Part shown: piece by piece, positions 20,576 to 31,007 of the stretch
Numbering within the stretch: the first letter of the stretch is position 1
Layout: every line of letters starts with the position of its first letter
Assembly (NCBI GenBank): GCA_964434195.1
Contig: CAYSUI010000005.1
Location: forward strand, 10,671-74,670
Direction: 5' to 3'
Length of the DNA: 64,000 bases
Origin: an uncultured Candidatus Saccharibacteria bacterium
Lineage (GTDB): Bacteria > Patescibacteriota > Doudnabacteria > UBA920
Program-made: the position numbers and the translations under genes
The notes under the pieces: model-generated
Told to the model about the DNA's origin: nothing
Seen by the model: only the letters and a program-made list of their open reading frames with translations
The model's database searches: none

Positions 20576-20881
20576 TTAAATGGCTTTATCTGCCCATGGA
20601 ATTGCTCTCAGCCTATCTTCCCCTATCTCCTTACCTTCATCGTCCATACCATAAGTTCCTTCAGCAATTTTTGAGAGCGCCCACTCAACTTTTTGAAGAT
20701 CCGCTCTCAAGGTAGCAATAACTTCCATATTTACTGCATCTACAGGAAATTCCTCTGCATTATCTTCTAAAGAATCCCCAATCTCTGTATGAGCATGCAA
20801 CGAAGCTAACTCAACCTCGAGCCTTTCCTTCTCCGCCATTAATTTCCCCTCCATCTCCTTAACAAATTCCTCAGATAACAT
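20576..20881 (-). CDS. TraR/DksA-family protein lacking zinc-finger cysteines
   Basis: ALSKIAEGTYG...GKEIGEDRLRAIPWA; coiled coil with acidic tip. Confidence 0.82.
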   Translation of the reverse strand: MLSEEFVKEMEGKLMAEKERLEVELASLHAHTEIGDSLEDNAEEFPVDAVNMEVIATLRADLQKVEWALSKIAEGTYGMDDEGKEIGEDRLRAIPWADKAI

Positions 20882-20973
20882 ATAAATAAATATTAATTCA
20901 CTTTAATTATAACAAAAATAAAATCACCCCCAAAAAAAGGTGTTAAAAATAGTGCATATATTAACCAAACCCC

Positions 20974-21600
20974 AGCACGATTGCAGATTCTAAGTGCAGT
21001 TTCGTCGATTTTCGATGGCCTAGTCGAAGGCGTCCCCAGCCCCAGCTCGATTGCAGATTCTGTGGAGATTTTCAAAACTGTCAAAATTTAGCACGATTGC
21101 AGATTTTGTATGCAGTTTCGTCGATTTTCGATAGCCTAGTCGGAGGCGTCCTCAGTCTCAGCCCGATTGCAGATTCTGGAGGTTATTTTTGTGCAAATGC
21201 GAGTACCGAACGGAGGCGACCTACAGTCCCAGCACGATTGCAGATTTTGAAGAGATTTTCCAAATTATCGTAATTTAGCTCGATTGTATATTTTGAGTGG
21301 ATTTTTGTGACTCTTGATAGCACCTGGCTTTGCCAGTGCTAGCTCAAGTCGATTTACGAGCACCGGAACGGAGGCGTCCCCAGTCTCAGCTCGATTGCAG
21401 ATTTTGAGGAGATTTTCCAAATTATCGTAATTTAGCTCGATTGTATATTTTGAGTGGATTTTTGTGACTCTTGATAGCACCTGGCTTTGCCAGTGCTAGC
21501 TCAAGTCGATTTACGAGCACTGGAACGGAGGCGTCCGTGCTGGGACGGTGAAGTGAGGAGCGGAGCAAATCGGCAAAAAGCCGCCAAAATAGACGATCCC
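20974..21600. repeat. Degenerate repeat array with eight AGCHCGATTG(C/T)A(G/T)ATT(C/T)T motifs and a 157-bp tandem duplication
   Basis: Motif starts at 20974, 21044, 21090, 21160, 21231, 21277, 21388 and 21434. Confidence 0.9.
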
Positions 21601-21626
21601 CTGTTAGCAAAGTATGCCTATAAATG

Positions 21627-22110
21627 TTAAAAGCGCCATCTTTAGGCACCCATAAAATTTGTTATATAGTGCAGATGGCGCTTAACCCAAAGCCTCGGAC
21701 TTCACTTCGCAGAATATTTCTATTCTGAAAAGAGCAGTACTCCATCTTTAGGCGATCACGCAATTACTTGCGAGATTAGCGTCTGTATTCCAATCTAATG
21801 ACAAACTGCACTTCAAACTTCTCTTGTGGTCTTTCGACCTGAAACTTTTTGTTCTTTTTTTGTATTTAAATTTTTGTGCTTTTTAAAAGGAAGCAAGAAC
21901 CTACATTTTGTTTTTGTTTTTCAAACAGCTCAGATTGGATGAGCTATGACGAGAAGTGAGAAGGAAAACTGTCCACAATCTAATTTTGGATTCTGAAAAG
22001 ATTTCCTTAGTCCAGATTATCTTTCTCTGTAACCAGAAATAATTATTATCTCAGGTCCTTTGAAAGTTTGTCATTTTTATTTCGGTTGTCAAAGTTCTTT
22101 TGTTCGATCT
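21627..22110 (-). ncRNA. Candidate large structured non-coding RNA (unassigned)
   Basis: Near-consensus promoter, boxA-like motif, long-range complementary segments, terminal hairpin with U tract, no ORF of 60 aa or more. Confidence 0.55.
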
Positions 22111-22116
22111 GTAATA

Positions 22117-22145
22117 ATCATACTAAGCATTTCATAAAATGTCAA
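22117..22145 (-). promoter_or_regulatory. Sigma70 promoter
   Basis: TTGACA-17 bp-TATGAT on the minus strand. Confidence 0.8.
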
Positions 22146-22236
22146 CTCTATCGTGTAATATTTCTAGTATTGCTTTTATTTAAAACAAAAAAAAATATTT
22201 TTTGATAAAAAAAATATTTTTTCTTAGTAAAATTAA

Positions 22237-22318
22237 TTATTCACATGTGTGGATAACCTAGGGATAACACCCGAATAACTACTCTCAACTGTGTATAAGT
22301 GGATAAAATTGTGGATTA
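22237..22318. promoter_or_regulatory. DnaA-box cluster
   Basis: TTATTCACA 22237, TGTGGATAA 22248, TGTGTATAA 22290, AGTGGATAA 22298, TGTGGATTA 22310; AT-rich tract to the left. Confidence 0.7.
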
Positions 22319-22347
22319 CTAATGGATTATCCTAGGAAACCAATGTA

Positions 22348-24516
22348 TTACTCATACCTAATAACTTTTTTTAGCCTCTTAGAATAAAAAGAAACAAATA
22401 AATTTCTTAATTTTAATTCCCCTAAAACTTCTTCAAGATCGATCCCTAAAATTTTATATTCGTTGAATAACGATTTTATATACGGATGCCTAATATCAAT
22501 CTTAATCTTTCGAGGAATCACCAACGTGTTAACCGTAGCGTTCGTTGTATGCGGTCCTCCAAAAAAATCCACGGTAGCCAACATTAAACTTTGATCTTTT
22601 ATTCGAAAATTCTTTAGAAGCTTATTTCCCCCACCTGTGATATTTAAAGCCAGAAGATTCCCGCGCTTTTTTAATTCTAAGTGGTTATCTTCATAAAATT
22701 TCTTAACTAAAGCTGGGCCTTGAAATAATATTGCTCCAGGTAAATCTATCTTTTTAGACAAGTCCTCAATAGTCTCATCTGTATCAATGCTGATATCTTC
22801 AAAAAATAAAGACTTCTTATTGCTTTCTAACTTAAAATCCTTTAAACCTAACCGAATACTAAAATATTCAAACGTCTCTTTCCCCAAACCCGAGTCCCAA
22901 AAAGTCACAGAATCATTATTCTTCAAGACATTTTTGGTACCTTTGGTAATATTTAACGGTCTCGTTAATAACGCACAGTAACCCTCACCGAATTCGACCC
23001 ATTTTACATTCACGTTATCCTCAGCAAAAAATTTATCTAACGCTTTAATACTCTCCTTTAACTGCTTAGTTAAAACTTTAGAACTTAACCTAAGCATCTT
23101 CTTCTTATAATTAACGGCAGCCTTTCTTACCTTCTCATAAAAATTCAGATCCAAATCATCTCTAGATACAGTCGACAACCCCACGCCCTTTGGTCTTAAA
23201 TACAACATGAACAAAGCAAAAAACAGATCCGTATCTGAAATTGCCTTAATAATCTCGTCCTTATAAGCTAACTCTCCATAACCCGATTCAGGGTTATATA
23301 CACTCTTAAGGCTATAAAGTATCGAATTCCAGCTAGTTTTACTACCAAACATTTTACTAATTTCCAATTCAAAAACCTCTAAATTTACAATATTTAGCTT
23401 AAATTTAGAAAATGAATCATTTTTTGAATAAAACGCAAAAGTATTCGCGTCACAAATTAACTTACCTGAAAACTTATTTCGCTTTTTCTTGGACTGTATA
23501 TAATTTACAAATTGATTTCCAAAAAAGTTCAAATTTAAATCCTTAAAACTGATACTTTGCCAATTTGTTTCTTTCCAGATTAAAGTTTTCAAAAAAAATT
23601 TAACTTCGTCGCTAGTTTTATTCTTCTTTTTGTCGAATTTACTAAACAATTTATTATCAAATGTATCTGAAGGTAAGAACAAACCATCGATCTTATACTT
23701 ATTCATCACTTCGAATACCTGCTTTTTTTCTGGTACTACTACCAAAACATTCTCATCTTTAGTTCCAAAAGCCTCATAAATTGTTGTTTTCAGTAAATCT
23801 TGTTTTAAATTTATCGATTTTACTAACCTAGATTCATTACGTTTTTCTGAAATTTCTTTTAATTCATCAAATTCTAATTTAACTTGTGAACTAAAAGGCT
23901 TAACCTCATTCATCTCTAACAACGAAATCCAATCAAAGCTCGATTTCTTTACTATCTTCTTTACTTTTTCTTGTAATTTATCTGGATAAGAGTTATAAAT
24001 CGATGCAATTTTCTCTAAAAGTTCAGCACTAGCTATAGCATCCGACAGTGCCCTGTGAGCGTTTTTATGGGTTATCCCGAAATAGTGGGCTAAATTTTCT
24101 AAATTATAACTATGATACGTTGGTAAAAAAATCTGAACCAAATCCATAGTGTCAATTTTTTCTCCAGAAAGCTTTACTCCATAACTCTCAAGAAATCTCA
24201 TATCCAAACCAACATTATGACCAACAACCACAACCTTCTCTAACTTCTCAGTCAACCAATCTCTATATTGATCAAATTTTTCCGCATTCTCAAGCTCAAT
24301 CTCGGATATCCCGGTTAACCCTAAAATATTTTGGGAAACTGTACCAGAAGGCTTAAACACCTTAGTCCACTGTTCTAATACTTTAATACCCTTCTTTTGT
24401 AACCTAAAAAAACATAAACCCACTTCTATAATTTCTGCTTTACTAGGATCAAACCCGGTAAATTCTAAGTCTACACCGCAATAAACCACATCATTTATAA
24501 AATTTTCTTTTCCCAT
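22348..24516 (-). CDS. DEDDh 3'-5' exonuclease fused to a degenerate DinG-like region
   Basis: VDLEFTG, VGHNVGLD, HRALSDA; C-terminal VKWVE...PLN resembles DinG but no Walker A is visible. Confidence 0.75.
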   Translation of the reverse strand: MGKENFINDVVYCGVDLEFTGFDPSKAEIIEVGLCFFRLQKKGIKVLEQWTKVFKPSGTVSQNILGLTGISEIELENAEKFDQYRDWLTEKLEKVVVVGHNVGLDMRFLESYGVKLSGEKIDTMDLVQIFLPTYHSYNLENLAHYFGITHKNAHRALSDAIASAELLEKIASIYNSYPDKLQEKVKKIVKKSSFDWISLLEMNEVKPFSSQVKLEFDELKEISEKRNESRLVKSINLKQDLLKTTIYEAFGTKDENVLVVVPEKKQVFEVMNKYKIDGLFLPSDTFDNKLFSKFDKKKNKTSDEVKFFLKTLIWKETNWQSISFKDLNLNFFGNQFVNYIQSKKKRNKFSGKLICDANTFAFYSKNDSFSKFKLNIVNLEVFELEISKMFGSKTSWNSILYSLKSVYNPESGYGELAYKDEIIKAISDTDLFFALFMLYLRPKGVGLSTVSRDDLDLNFYEKVRKAAVNYKKKMLRLSSKVLTKQLKESIKALDKFFAEDNVNVKWVEFGEGYCALLTRPLNITKGTKNVLKNNDSVTFWDSGLGKETFEYFSIRLGLKDFKLESNKKSLFFEDISIDTDETIEDLSKKIDLPGAILFQGPALVKKFYEDNHLELKKRGNLLALNITGGGNKLLKNFRIKDQSLMLATVDFFGGPHTTNATVNTLVIPRKIKIDIRHPYIKSLFNEYKILGIDLEEVLGELKLRNLFVSFYSKRLKKVIRYE

Positions 24517-24584
24517 ATCTTCTATTGTAACAAAATACCTGTTCACTTATATAAAAGTGAACAGGTATATTCTACTAAAAGGTA

Positions 24585-25667
24585 TTAATCGTCAATAGAA
24601 CCTTCTTCTTCCTCTTCTTTAGGAGGTGCTGCTATTACTGCTTCCCCACTCTTTAACTTTACCCTAATTGCATGGTCTATTTTCTTAGCGATATCTTTAT
24701 TATCTTTTATGAACGCTTTAGAATTTTCTCTACCTACACCTAGCTTAACAGATTCAAATGCATATGTATTACCACTCTTAGAAATTACCCCAAGAATAAC
24801 ACCCGTATCAAGTAAATCTCCTGGTACTGAAATACCTTCATTATACATAATATCGAACTCAGCTATTTTAAAAGGAGGAGCTACTTTGTTTTTGACTATT
24901 TTTACTTTAGTTCTATTTCCTACAATTTTCTCACCGCTCTTAATTTGAGCTACTCTTCTCACCTCCACCCTTACAGAAGCATAAAATTTTAAAGCATTAC
25001 CACCAGTTGTTGTCTCAGGGTTACCAAACATAACCCCAATCTTCATGCGTATTTGGTTAATAAATATAACCGTAGTCTGCGTTTTAGATATAATACCCGT
25101 CAGTTTTCTCAAAGCCTGGCTCATCAGCCTAGCCTGTAAACCCATATGAGAATCACCCATTTCACCTTCTATTTCCGCCCTAGGTGTAAGCGCTGCAACA
25201 GAATCAATTACTATAAGATCTAAACTATTACTTCTAACTAAAGTTTCCGCTATATCCAAAGCTTGTTCACCGTTATCTGGTTGCGAAATCAGTAAATCAT
25301 CTAAATTAACCCCAATTCTTTTTGCATATTCAGGATCCAAGGCATGCTCAGCATCTATAAACGCTGCCAGGCCACCAGCTTTCTGTGCTTCAGCAATCAT
25401 ATGCAGAGTCAAAGTGGTTTTTCCTGAGCTTTCTGGACCATAAATTTCAATAACCCTGCCCTTTGGAATTCCACCAACCCCCAATGCAATATCCAAACTA
25501 ATACTACCTGTCGGTATAGTTGCAATACTCAAAGTAGTATTTTCTGAAAGCTTCATAATACTACCGTCACCAAACTTATCCTTAATTTGATCGAGCGCAG
25601 TACTTAGTGCCTTCCATTTTCCAGGTTCTATATTAGAAATCCCCTTTTTCACTAGTTGTTTAGCCAT
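24585..25667 (-). CDS. recA: Recombinase RecA
   Basis: [29 protein letters not shown]. Confidence 0.98.
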   Translation of the reverse strand: MAKQLVKKGISNIEPGKWKALSTALDQIKDKFGDGSIMKLSENTTLSIATIPTGSISLDIALGVGGIPKGRVIEIYGPESSGKTTLTLHMIAEAQKAGGLAAFIDAEHALDPEYAKRIGVNLDDLLISQPDNGEQALDIAETLVRSNSLDLIVIDSVAALTPRAEIEGEMGDSHMGLQARLMSQALRKLTGIISKTQTTVIFINQIRMKIGVMFGNPETTTGGNALKFYASVRVEVRRVAQIKSGEKIVGNRTKVKIVKNKVAPPFKIAEFDIMYNEGISVPGDLLDTGVILGVISKSGNTYAFESVKLGVGRENSKAFIKDNKDIAKKIDHAIRVKLKSGEAVIAAPPKEEEEEGSIDD

Positions 25668-25689
25668 AATTATACCTTTCTGTACGAGA

Positions 25690-26649
25690 TTATTTTGTGA
25701 TTATGTTTATAGTATCTTTGGTAAATGGAACGGTCAACGTTTCACCAATTCTCCCCAACGCACCCAGCTCTTTACCATTCACTTTTACGTAGGTATTTCC
25801 TGCGTCCGAAGTAAGTAAAACTATTTTTTGCTTAGCGGTTATCTTTAAAGGCTCAGCTTGCGTTACTTTCTTAGTTTCTAAAACTACATCGTCAACCGTT
25901 AGAGAAATGTTTAAGTCTTTCTTTACACTTATCTCCAATACTAACTCACTTTCAGCGGTTTGATCCTTACTCCCACCCTGATTCTCAGGAATATCTACTA
26001 TTATCGAAAGGGTTTCTGTAGCTTTTTTCTTAAATTTATTTTCGGACTCAAAAACCAAATCCTTTTGACCAGAAGACAAACTCAGTTCTGCATAAAATGT
26101 ACCATCTTTATCTACAAACACTTTCTCCTTATTGATATTTAAATTAGTTCCTGGGTCTGTTTTACCTTTTACCCTTACCACAGACTCTTTTACCACTGTA
26201 CCAGGCTTAGGTTCGTATATTTCGAGCTTAGGGCTCGTGTTAATCTGAAACACTTGCCAAATTATCCAAATTAAAGTTGCTGTTATCAATACTGCACCCA
26301 AGATAAAACTCAACATTTTAGGAGTAATAGAAAAAAATATTCTACCCGAACCTAAAACTGTTTTATTGGGAATTTTTTGTGGTACTTCTACTCTACGCTC
26401 TCTCTTATACTGATCAATCAAAACTCCGCCTTGAATACCATAATAAACTGATAACTTTTTTAGAAACCCCATTACATACACATCAGCCGGAAGATTTTGA
26501 AATTCTCCATTTTCAAGAAGTTTCAGTGCTTTTTCAGGAATCCCACATTCCAGAGCAACGTTCCTTATATTTAAGCTCTTGGATTCTCTTATTTGCCTTA
26601 AGTATTCACCCAAGCTCTCTGTTTGCAAGTTATCATGTTCAAATACCAT
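25690..26649 (-). CDS. RodZ-like HTH membrane protein with Ig-like domain
   Basis: [10 protein letters not shown]...[20 protein letters not shown]; single TM; [11 protein letters not shown]. Confidence 0.75.
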   Translation of the reverse strand: MVFEHDNLQTESLGEYLRQIRESKSLNIRNVALECGIPEKALKLLENGEFQNLPADVYVMGFLKKLSVYYGIQGGVLIDQYKRERRVEVPQKIPNKTVLGSGRIFFSITPKMLSFILGAVLITATLIWIIWQVFQINTSPKLEIYEPKPGTVVKESVVRVKGKTDPGTNLNINKEKVFVDKDGTFYAELSLSSGQKDLVFESENKFKKKATETLSIIVDIPENQGGSKDQTAESELVLEISVKKDLNISLTVDDVVLETKKVTQAEPLKITAKQKIVLLTSDAGNTYVKVNGKELGALGRIGETLTVPFTKDTINIITK

Positions 26650-26740
26650 ATAGGTATAGTTATCAAGTTTGTAAAGTTTGTAAAGTAAAAAGTAGTCTCT
26701 TTCAAGACTACTTTATAAACTTGATAAACTTTACTAACTT

Positions 26741-28954
26741 TTAACTTACATCTTCTTCAATACCATACTCTGCTTTTTCTTCGGGGGAAACAGATCCACC
26801 GTACACTTCTCTAGGTTTTGCACCATCGCCTGGGCCTATTATCCCCTTATCTTCAAGTATGTCCAACAATCTAGCAGCTCTTGCATAACCTATTCTAAGC
26901 CTTCTCTGTAGTAAGCTTGCCGAGGCTTTGCCTGCATTCCTTACCTCTTCTACTGCCGCATCAAACAAATCGTCGTCTACATCTGAAGATTCAGAAAATC
27001 CTGGTATCCCAAGGTTAGTCCTTGGCTTCTCAAGAATTTCCTCATTATATATAACAGCACCAGTCTGTTGCTTGAAGAAATCCACCACTTTTTTTACTTC
27101 TTTTTCACCTATGTACGCGCCTTGAACCCTTTTCGGTTTATTAAACTCCGCAGAAACAAACAACATATCTCCATTACCCAACAATTTTTCTGCCCCACTA
27201 CTGTCTAATATAGTTCTACTATCTATCTGACTTGCTACAGCAAAAGCGATTCTAGAAGTTATATTTGCTTTAATTAAACCAGTAATTACTTCAACACTTG
27301 GTCTTTGTGTCGCGAGAATGAGATGAATACCAACTGCTCTTGCCATTTGAGACAACCTCACTATTGTCGCTTCTACATCTGCCTGAGCCACTGCCATTAA
27401 GTCCGCCAATTCATCTACAATTATCACAATATATGGCAACTTTAACTCTGTAACCTCGTTATACTCTGAAATATTCCTCTTACCTACCTCAGCAAGTAAC
27501 CTGTATCGTCTATCCATCTCAGTAACAGCCCACTTGAGCGCATTTACTGCTTTATCATGATCAGTAACTACAGGTGTAAGTAAATGAGGAATTCCATTAT
27601 ACAAATTAAGCTCTACTCTTTTCGGATCCACAACTATAAATTTCACATCCTGTGGTGTATTTCTAAACAACAAACTAATAAACAAACTATTTATACTTAC
27701 ACTTTTACCAGTACCAGTTGCGCCTGCTATTAGCAAGTGAGGCATTTTGGCCAAATCAACTATCTGCGGTATACCTGCCACATCCCTACCTAACGCTAGA
27801 GCCAACCTACTCTTGTGATCTACAAAAGTATTTATTTGCATAACCTCTCGAAGTCTAACTATTGCAGTCGCTCTATTTGGGACTTCAATACCGACCAAAG
27901 GCTTTCCCGGTATTGGTAGCTCCATACGTAAACTATGTGCAGCCAGAGCCAATGCCAAGTCATTCTGAAGTTGTGCAATCTGCGACAATTTCACCCCAGT
28001 AGCTGGTCTTAAAGTATATTGGGTTACTGTAGGCCCCACATTAACCTCTCCCATCTCTACTTCTATACCAAAATCAGATAAGGTTTTCTGAATTATTGCG
28101 ACATTAGTTTCAATATTTCCACTGTCTACTTCAGTCTTATTATCATCTAGCAAATCAAATGGAGGTAATTTCCAGTCTTTTCTCTCTTCTCTTACAACAG
28201 ATTCAAGCTTAATTGGGGTTTTGTCATCTGCAAAAGTCTTTACCTGTGGTACTTTTAATTCTGTCTTCTGGGGCATTTCTTCTTCAGCATCTTCATCTTT
28301 TAGCTTTTTATTCTTAGAAGTTACGCTATCACTCATAAAACCAGCGTCAGTCATTCCATTTACTTTCAAAGAATTAGCACCCTGAAGCTTATCTTCAGTT
28401 TTTACCCTTCTCTTAAACAAAGCCAAAATAGAAATATTTAAAGTAATAATTACCCCAATAGCTAACAAAGCAATTAAAATTATGGCTCCAGCGTAACCCA
28501 ACCAATTATGTAAAGGTGCTGAAAATATAGCTCCAAGCAAACCACCGCCTCTGCCTGAGAATGCAATATCGAATGCACTTTCATTCTCCTGCAAAACAAA
28601 CATATGAATTAAACCCGCAAGACTCCCTGTAAATAAGATCGCACCAAGATATACCCTAAGAAATGAACTAGAATATTCATCACGTTCTTTTCTGTCCTTA
28701 AAAAGAAAATACGCGATGGCGAAAAATAAAAATGCCACCAAATAAGCCATCACTCCGAATAATATTTGAAAAAATCCAAATATTTTTACTCCCAACTGCC
28801 CCGCCAAACTAAATTCTGACAACGCCACCACAATACCAAGGACAACAAACGCGATAATTACGATATCGCGCTTAGTCTCAGACTGTAAGTTAAGTTCCAT
28901 ACTCGGCATAGCAAGTCTAGCTCTGCCCTTTTCTGTTTTCTTTTGTTTCGCCAT
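26741..28954 (-). CDS. ftsK: DNA translocase FtsK/SpoIIIE
   Basis: N-terminal TMs, PHLLIAGATGTGKS, DELADLM, LQRRLRIGYARAARL gamma domain. Confidence 0.96.
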   Translation of the reverse strand: MAKQKKTEKGRARLAMPSMELNLQSETKRDIVIIAFVVLGIVVALSEFSLAGQLGVKIFGFFQILFGVMAYLVAFLFFAIAYFLFKDRKERDEYSSSFLRVYLGAILFTGSLAGLIHMFVLQENESAFDIAFSGRGGGLLGAIFSAPLHNWLGYAGAIILIALLAIGVIITLNISILALFKRRVKTEDKLQGANSLKVNGMTDAGFMSDSVTSKNKKLKDEDAEEEMPQKTELKVPQVKTFADDKTPIKLESVVREERKDWKLPPFDLLDDNKTEVDSGNIETNVAIIQKTLSDFGIEVEMGEVNVGPTVTQYTLRPATGVKLSQIAQLQNDLALALAAHSLRMELPIPGKPLVGIEVPNRATAIVRLREVMQINTFVDHKSRLALALGRDVAGIPQIVDLAKMPHLLIAGATGTGKSVSINSLFISLLFRNTPQDVKFIVVDPKRVELNLYNGIPHLLTPVVTDHDKAVNALKWAVTEMDRRYRLLAEVGKRNISEYNEVTELKLPYIVIIVDELADLMAVAQADVEATIVRLSQMARAVGIHLILATQRPSVEVITGLIKANITSRIAFAVASQIDSRTILDSSGAEKLLGNGDMLFVSAEFNKPKRVQGAYIGEKEVKKVVDFFKQQTGAVIYNEEILEKPRTNLGIPGFSESSDVDDDLFDAAVEEVRNAGKASASLLQRRLRIGYARAARLLDILEDKGIIGPGDGAKPREVYGGSVSPEEKAEYGIEEDVS

Positions 28955-29059
28955 GTTTAAACTAATGAAATAGTAGATAAATTATAGCACTAGACCAGTT
29001 TATGAATAAAATTTACTGGGTTTCTATCAAAACACCCAGCTTTCGCTGGGTGTTTAAAC

Positions 29060-29668
29060 TTATAATCCTTTAACTTTCACTTTTCTAGTCTTTGCTTTTG
29101 CCGCTTTCGGCACAATTATGGTAAGTATTCCATCTTTCAGGTCTGCTTCTATATGCTCACTGTCTATATCTACCGGCACTATTACGCTTCTCGTAAAATT
29201 TCCCCAATAACATTCCTGATAGAAATAATCTTCCGCGCTTACATTTTCTTCTTTTCTTCTACTACCTTTTACTGTAACCATATCGTTCGCGATAGTTATA
29301 TCTATATCCTCTGGTCTAACACCAGCGATCGTGGACTTTATGATTACATTATCTTTTGTTTGATACATATCTATATTCAATTGGCCTTCAAAATCCGACA
29401 TCCACTCTTCCCCCTCAGTGGCTTTCTTACTCACAGAGGTACTGCCCGCTTGAACATTCATTACAGGAACTTCTTGTGGACCCGTATCATCCTCTTCAAC
29501 CATTATTTCCGTTTCAGAATCTTCTAATTCATCTTCTAGTTCTTCTATTTCGAGGAATTCATCCCCATCATCCTCTTCCTCATTTGACTTCACAGGGACT
29601 TGTTCTTCTTCATCGGTAACATTTCCCCCCATAATTTTTCCGAAAAACGACTTTTCTTTTCTAGGCAT
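29060..29668 (-). CDS. Hsp20/alpha-crystallin small heat-shock protein with acidic N-terminus
   Basis: ECYWGNFTRS...ADLKDGILTIIVPK. Confidence 0.9.
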   Translation of the reverse strand: MPRKEKSFFGKIMGGNVTDEEEQVPVKSNEEEDDGDEFLEIEELEDELEDSETEIMVEEDDTGPQEVPVMNVQAGSTSVSKKATEGEEWMSDFEGQLNIDMYQTKDNVIIKSTIAGVRPEDIDITIANDMVTVKGSRRKEENVSAEDYFYQECYWGNFTRSVIVPVDIDSEHIEADLKDGILTIIVPKAAKAKTRKVKVKGL

Positions 29669-29734
29669 ATTGGTTTCAGTAAATTAAAATCTTAGTTAGC
29701 TGTATGGGTATATTAAGCAAACAACAAAACACCG

Positions 29735-30838
29735 TCAAACTTTCCGTGAAGCACTCGAAAAGTAAGAATTTACAGCCTGCACACATACAGGTAAACCATC
29801 GGTTTTTGCTAATAAAACAGAAATATTGCCATTTTCTCTTAAAGCTCTTCGATACTCACCCGTTTCTAGCTCAACTTGGACCAAATTTACTATTTCAACA
29901 AAAGTCTTATTTCGCATATCAATGACCAAACCCTTAGGCACCAAATACTGCATATTAAACTCTTCTTGACCCGGCAGTGTAAAAATTACGCAAATCGGCA
30001 AATTATAGCTCAACGCTTCAGCCACAGATATTCCCCCTGGTTTAGTTATAAAAATACCTGCATTTCTATATACCTCGTCCATATTCTCCGTAAATCCTAG
30101 CACCTCAACTCTTTCTTCTGACGAATATTTGTTATCTAGAACCGTCTTTAATTTCTCATTTTTACCAGTTACTACCACAATAGATATTTCCTTCTTTTTT
30201 AATAACTCGTCTATTAAGTCTCCTGGTTCAAATATCCCTAAAGACCCAGCAGCCAACAATACCTTTTTTCTCTCTTTAGCTCCTTCAACTACCACTTTTT
30301 CAGGTAGTGTGATTCCACAAACAAAAATATCATTCGGACTAATCCCCAGTTCTATTAGCATACTTTTCTGCTCTACTATATTCACCAAATACCCATCCGC
30401 ATTATCTACTTTCCAAAATCTATGAAAATGATAGTCACTAAATGCTACATATAATCCACAGTCTATCAGCCCCCTCTTCTTTAAATTCGACACAACACTA
30501 CTTGCTGTTACTTGGGTAGTAATTACAAGTTCAGGTTTTTCATTAAGAATTAAGCTTAATACCTTTTCAGAATTTTTACTTGCAACGAAATCCCTAAAGG
30601 GTAATAACAGCCTATGTACCCACTTATTGGTATATAAAAAATCCCAAACCCATGGGGTTTTAGAAATAATCTTCATATACAAAGTAGTCCCAAAGCTGCC
30701 TAATCTATTATTTTCTACTTCGAGAATATCTCGAGTCACACAAGAGTAACCATATTTGGAAAGTTCTGCCGCAATATTTCTTGCAATCATCTTGTGACCT
30801 AAACCTATAGAAGTATAAAGAACTAAAATTTTATTCAC
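29735..30838 (-). CDS. MGDG synthase/UgtP-like GT28 glycosyltransferase
   Basis: SIGLGH, SDYHFHRFW, ITKPGGISVAEA, PGQEEFN. Confidence 0.85.
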   Translation of the reverse strand: MNKILVLYTSIGLGHKMIARNIAAELSKYGYSCVTRDILEVENNRLGSFGTTLYMKIISKTPWVWDFLYTNKWVHRLLLPFRDFVASKNSEKVLSLILNEKPELVITTQVTASSVVSNLKKRGLIDCGLYVAFSDYHFHRFWKVDNADGYLVNIVEQKSMLIELGISPNDIFVCGITLPEKVVVEGAKERKKVLLAAGSLGIFEPGDLIDELLKKKEISIVVVTGKNEKLKTVLDNKYSSEERVEVLGFTENMDEVYRNAGIFITKPGGISVAEALSYNLPICVIFTLPGQEEFNMQYLVPKGLVIDMRNKTFVEIVNLVQVELETGEYRRALRENGNISVLLAKTDGLPVCVQAVNSYFSSASRKV

Positions 30839-31007
30839 GAAAAACCTCTCTTACAATCCGCTTTCAAATAGCTTTAAATATTTTCGAGCAAGAAAGTTTT
30901 AAAAAAATGTTAGCGTAATCATTATTACGGTAACATTTTTTTAAAAATTTCACAGCCGAAAATATTTAAAGGTTGTTTAGAATGAGATAGTAAGATAGAC
31001 CTGCCAA

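Noticed and set aside
20974-21600. CRISPR array
   Set aside because: The repeat core is short and degenerate, intervals are uneven and reused rather than unique, and there are no cas genes in the window.
21265-21649. Two ORFs with identical C-termini
   Set aside because: By-product of the 157-bp tandem duplication; no RBS or protein-family features.
21627-22110. RNase P RNA, tmRNA, rRNA fragment or group I/II intron
   Set aside because: I found no GAGGAAAGUCC, no tRNA-like ends or tag frame, no rRNA signatures and no domain V; left as an unassigned candidate.
22170-22330. Definite replication origin
   Set aside because: No visible change in strand composition across it and no dnaA/dnaN nearby.
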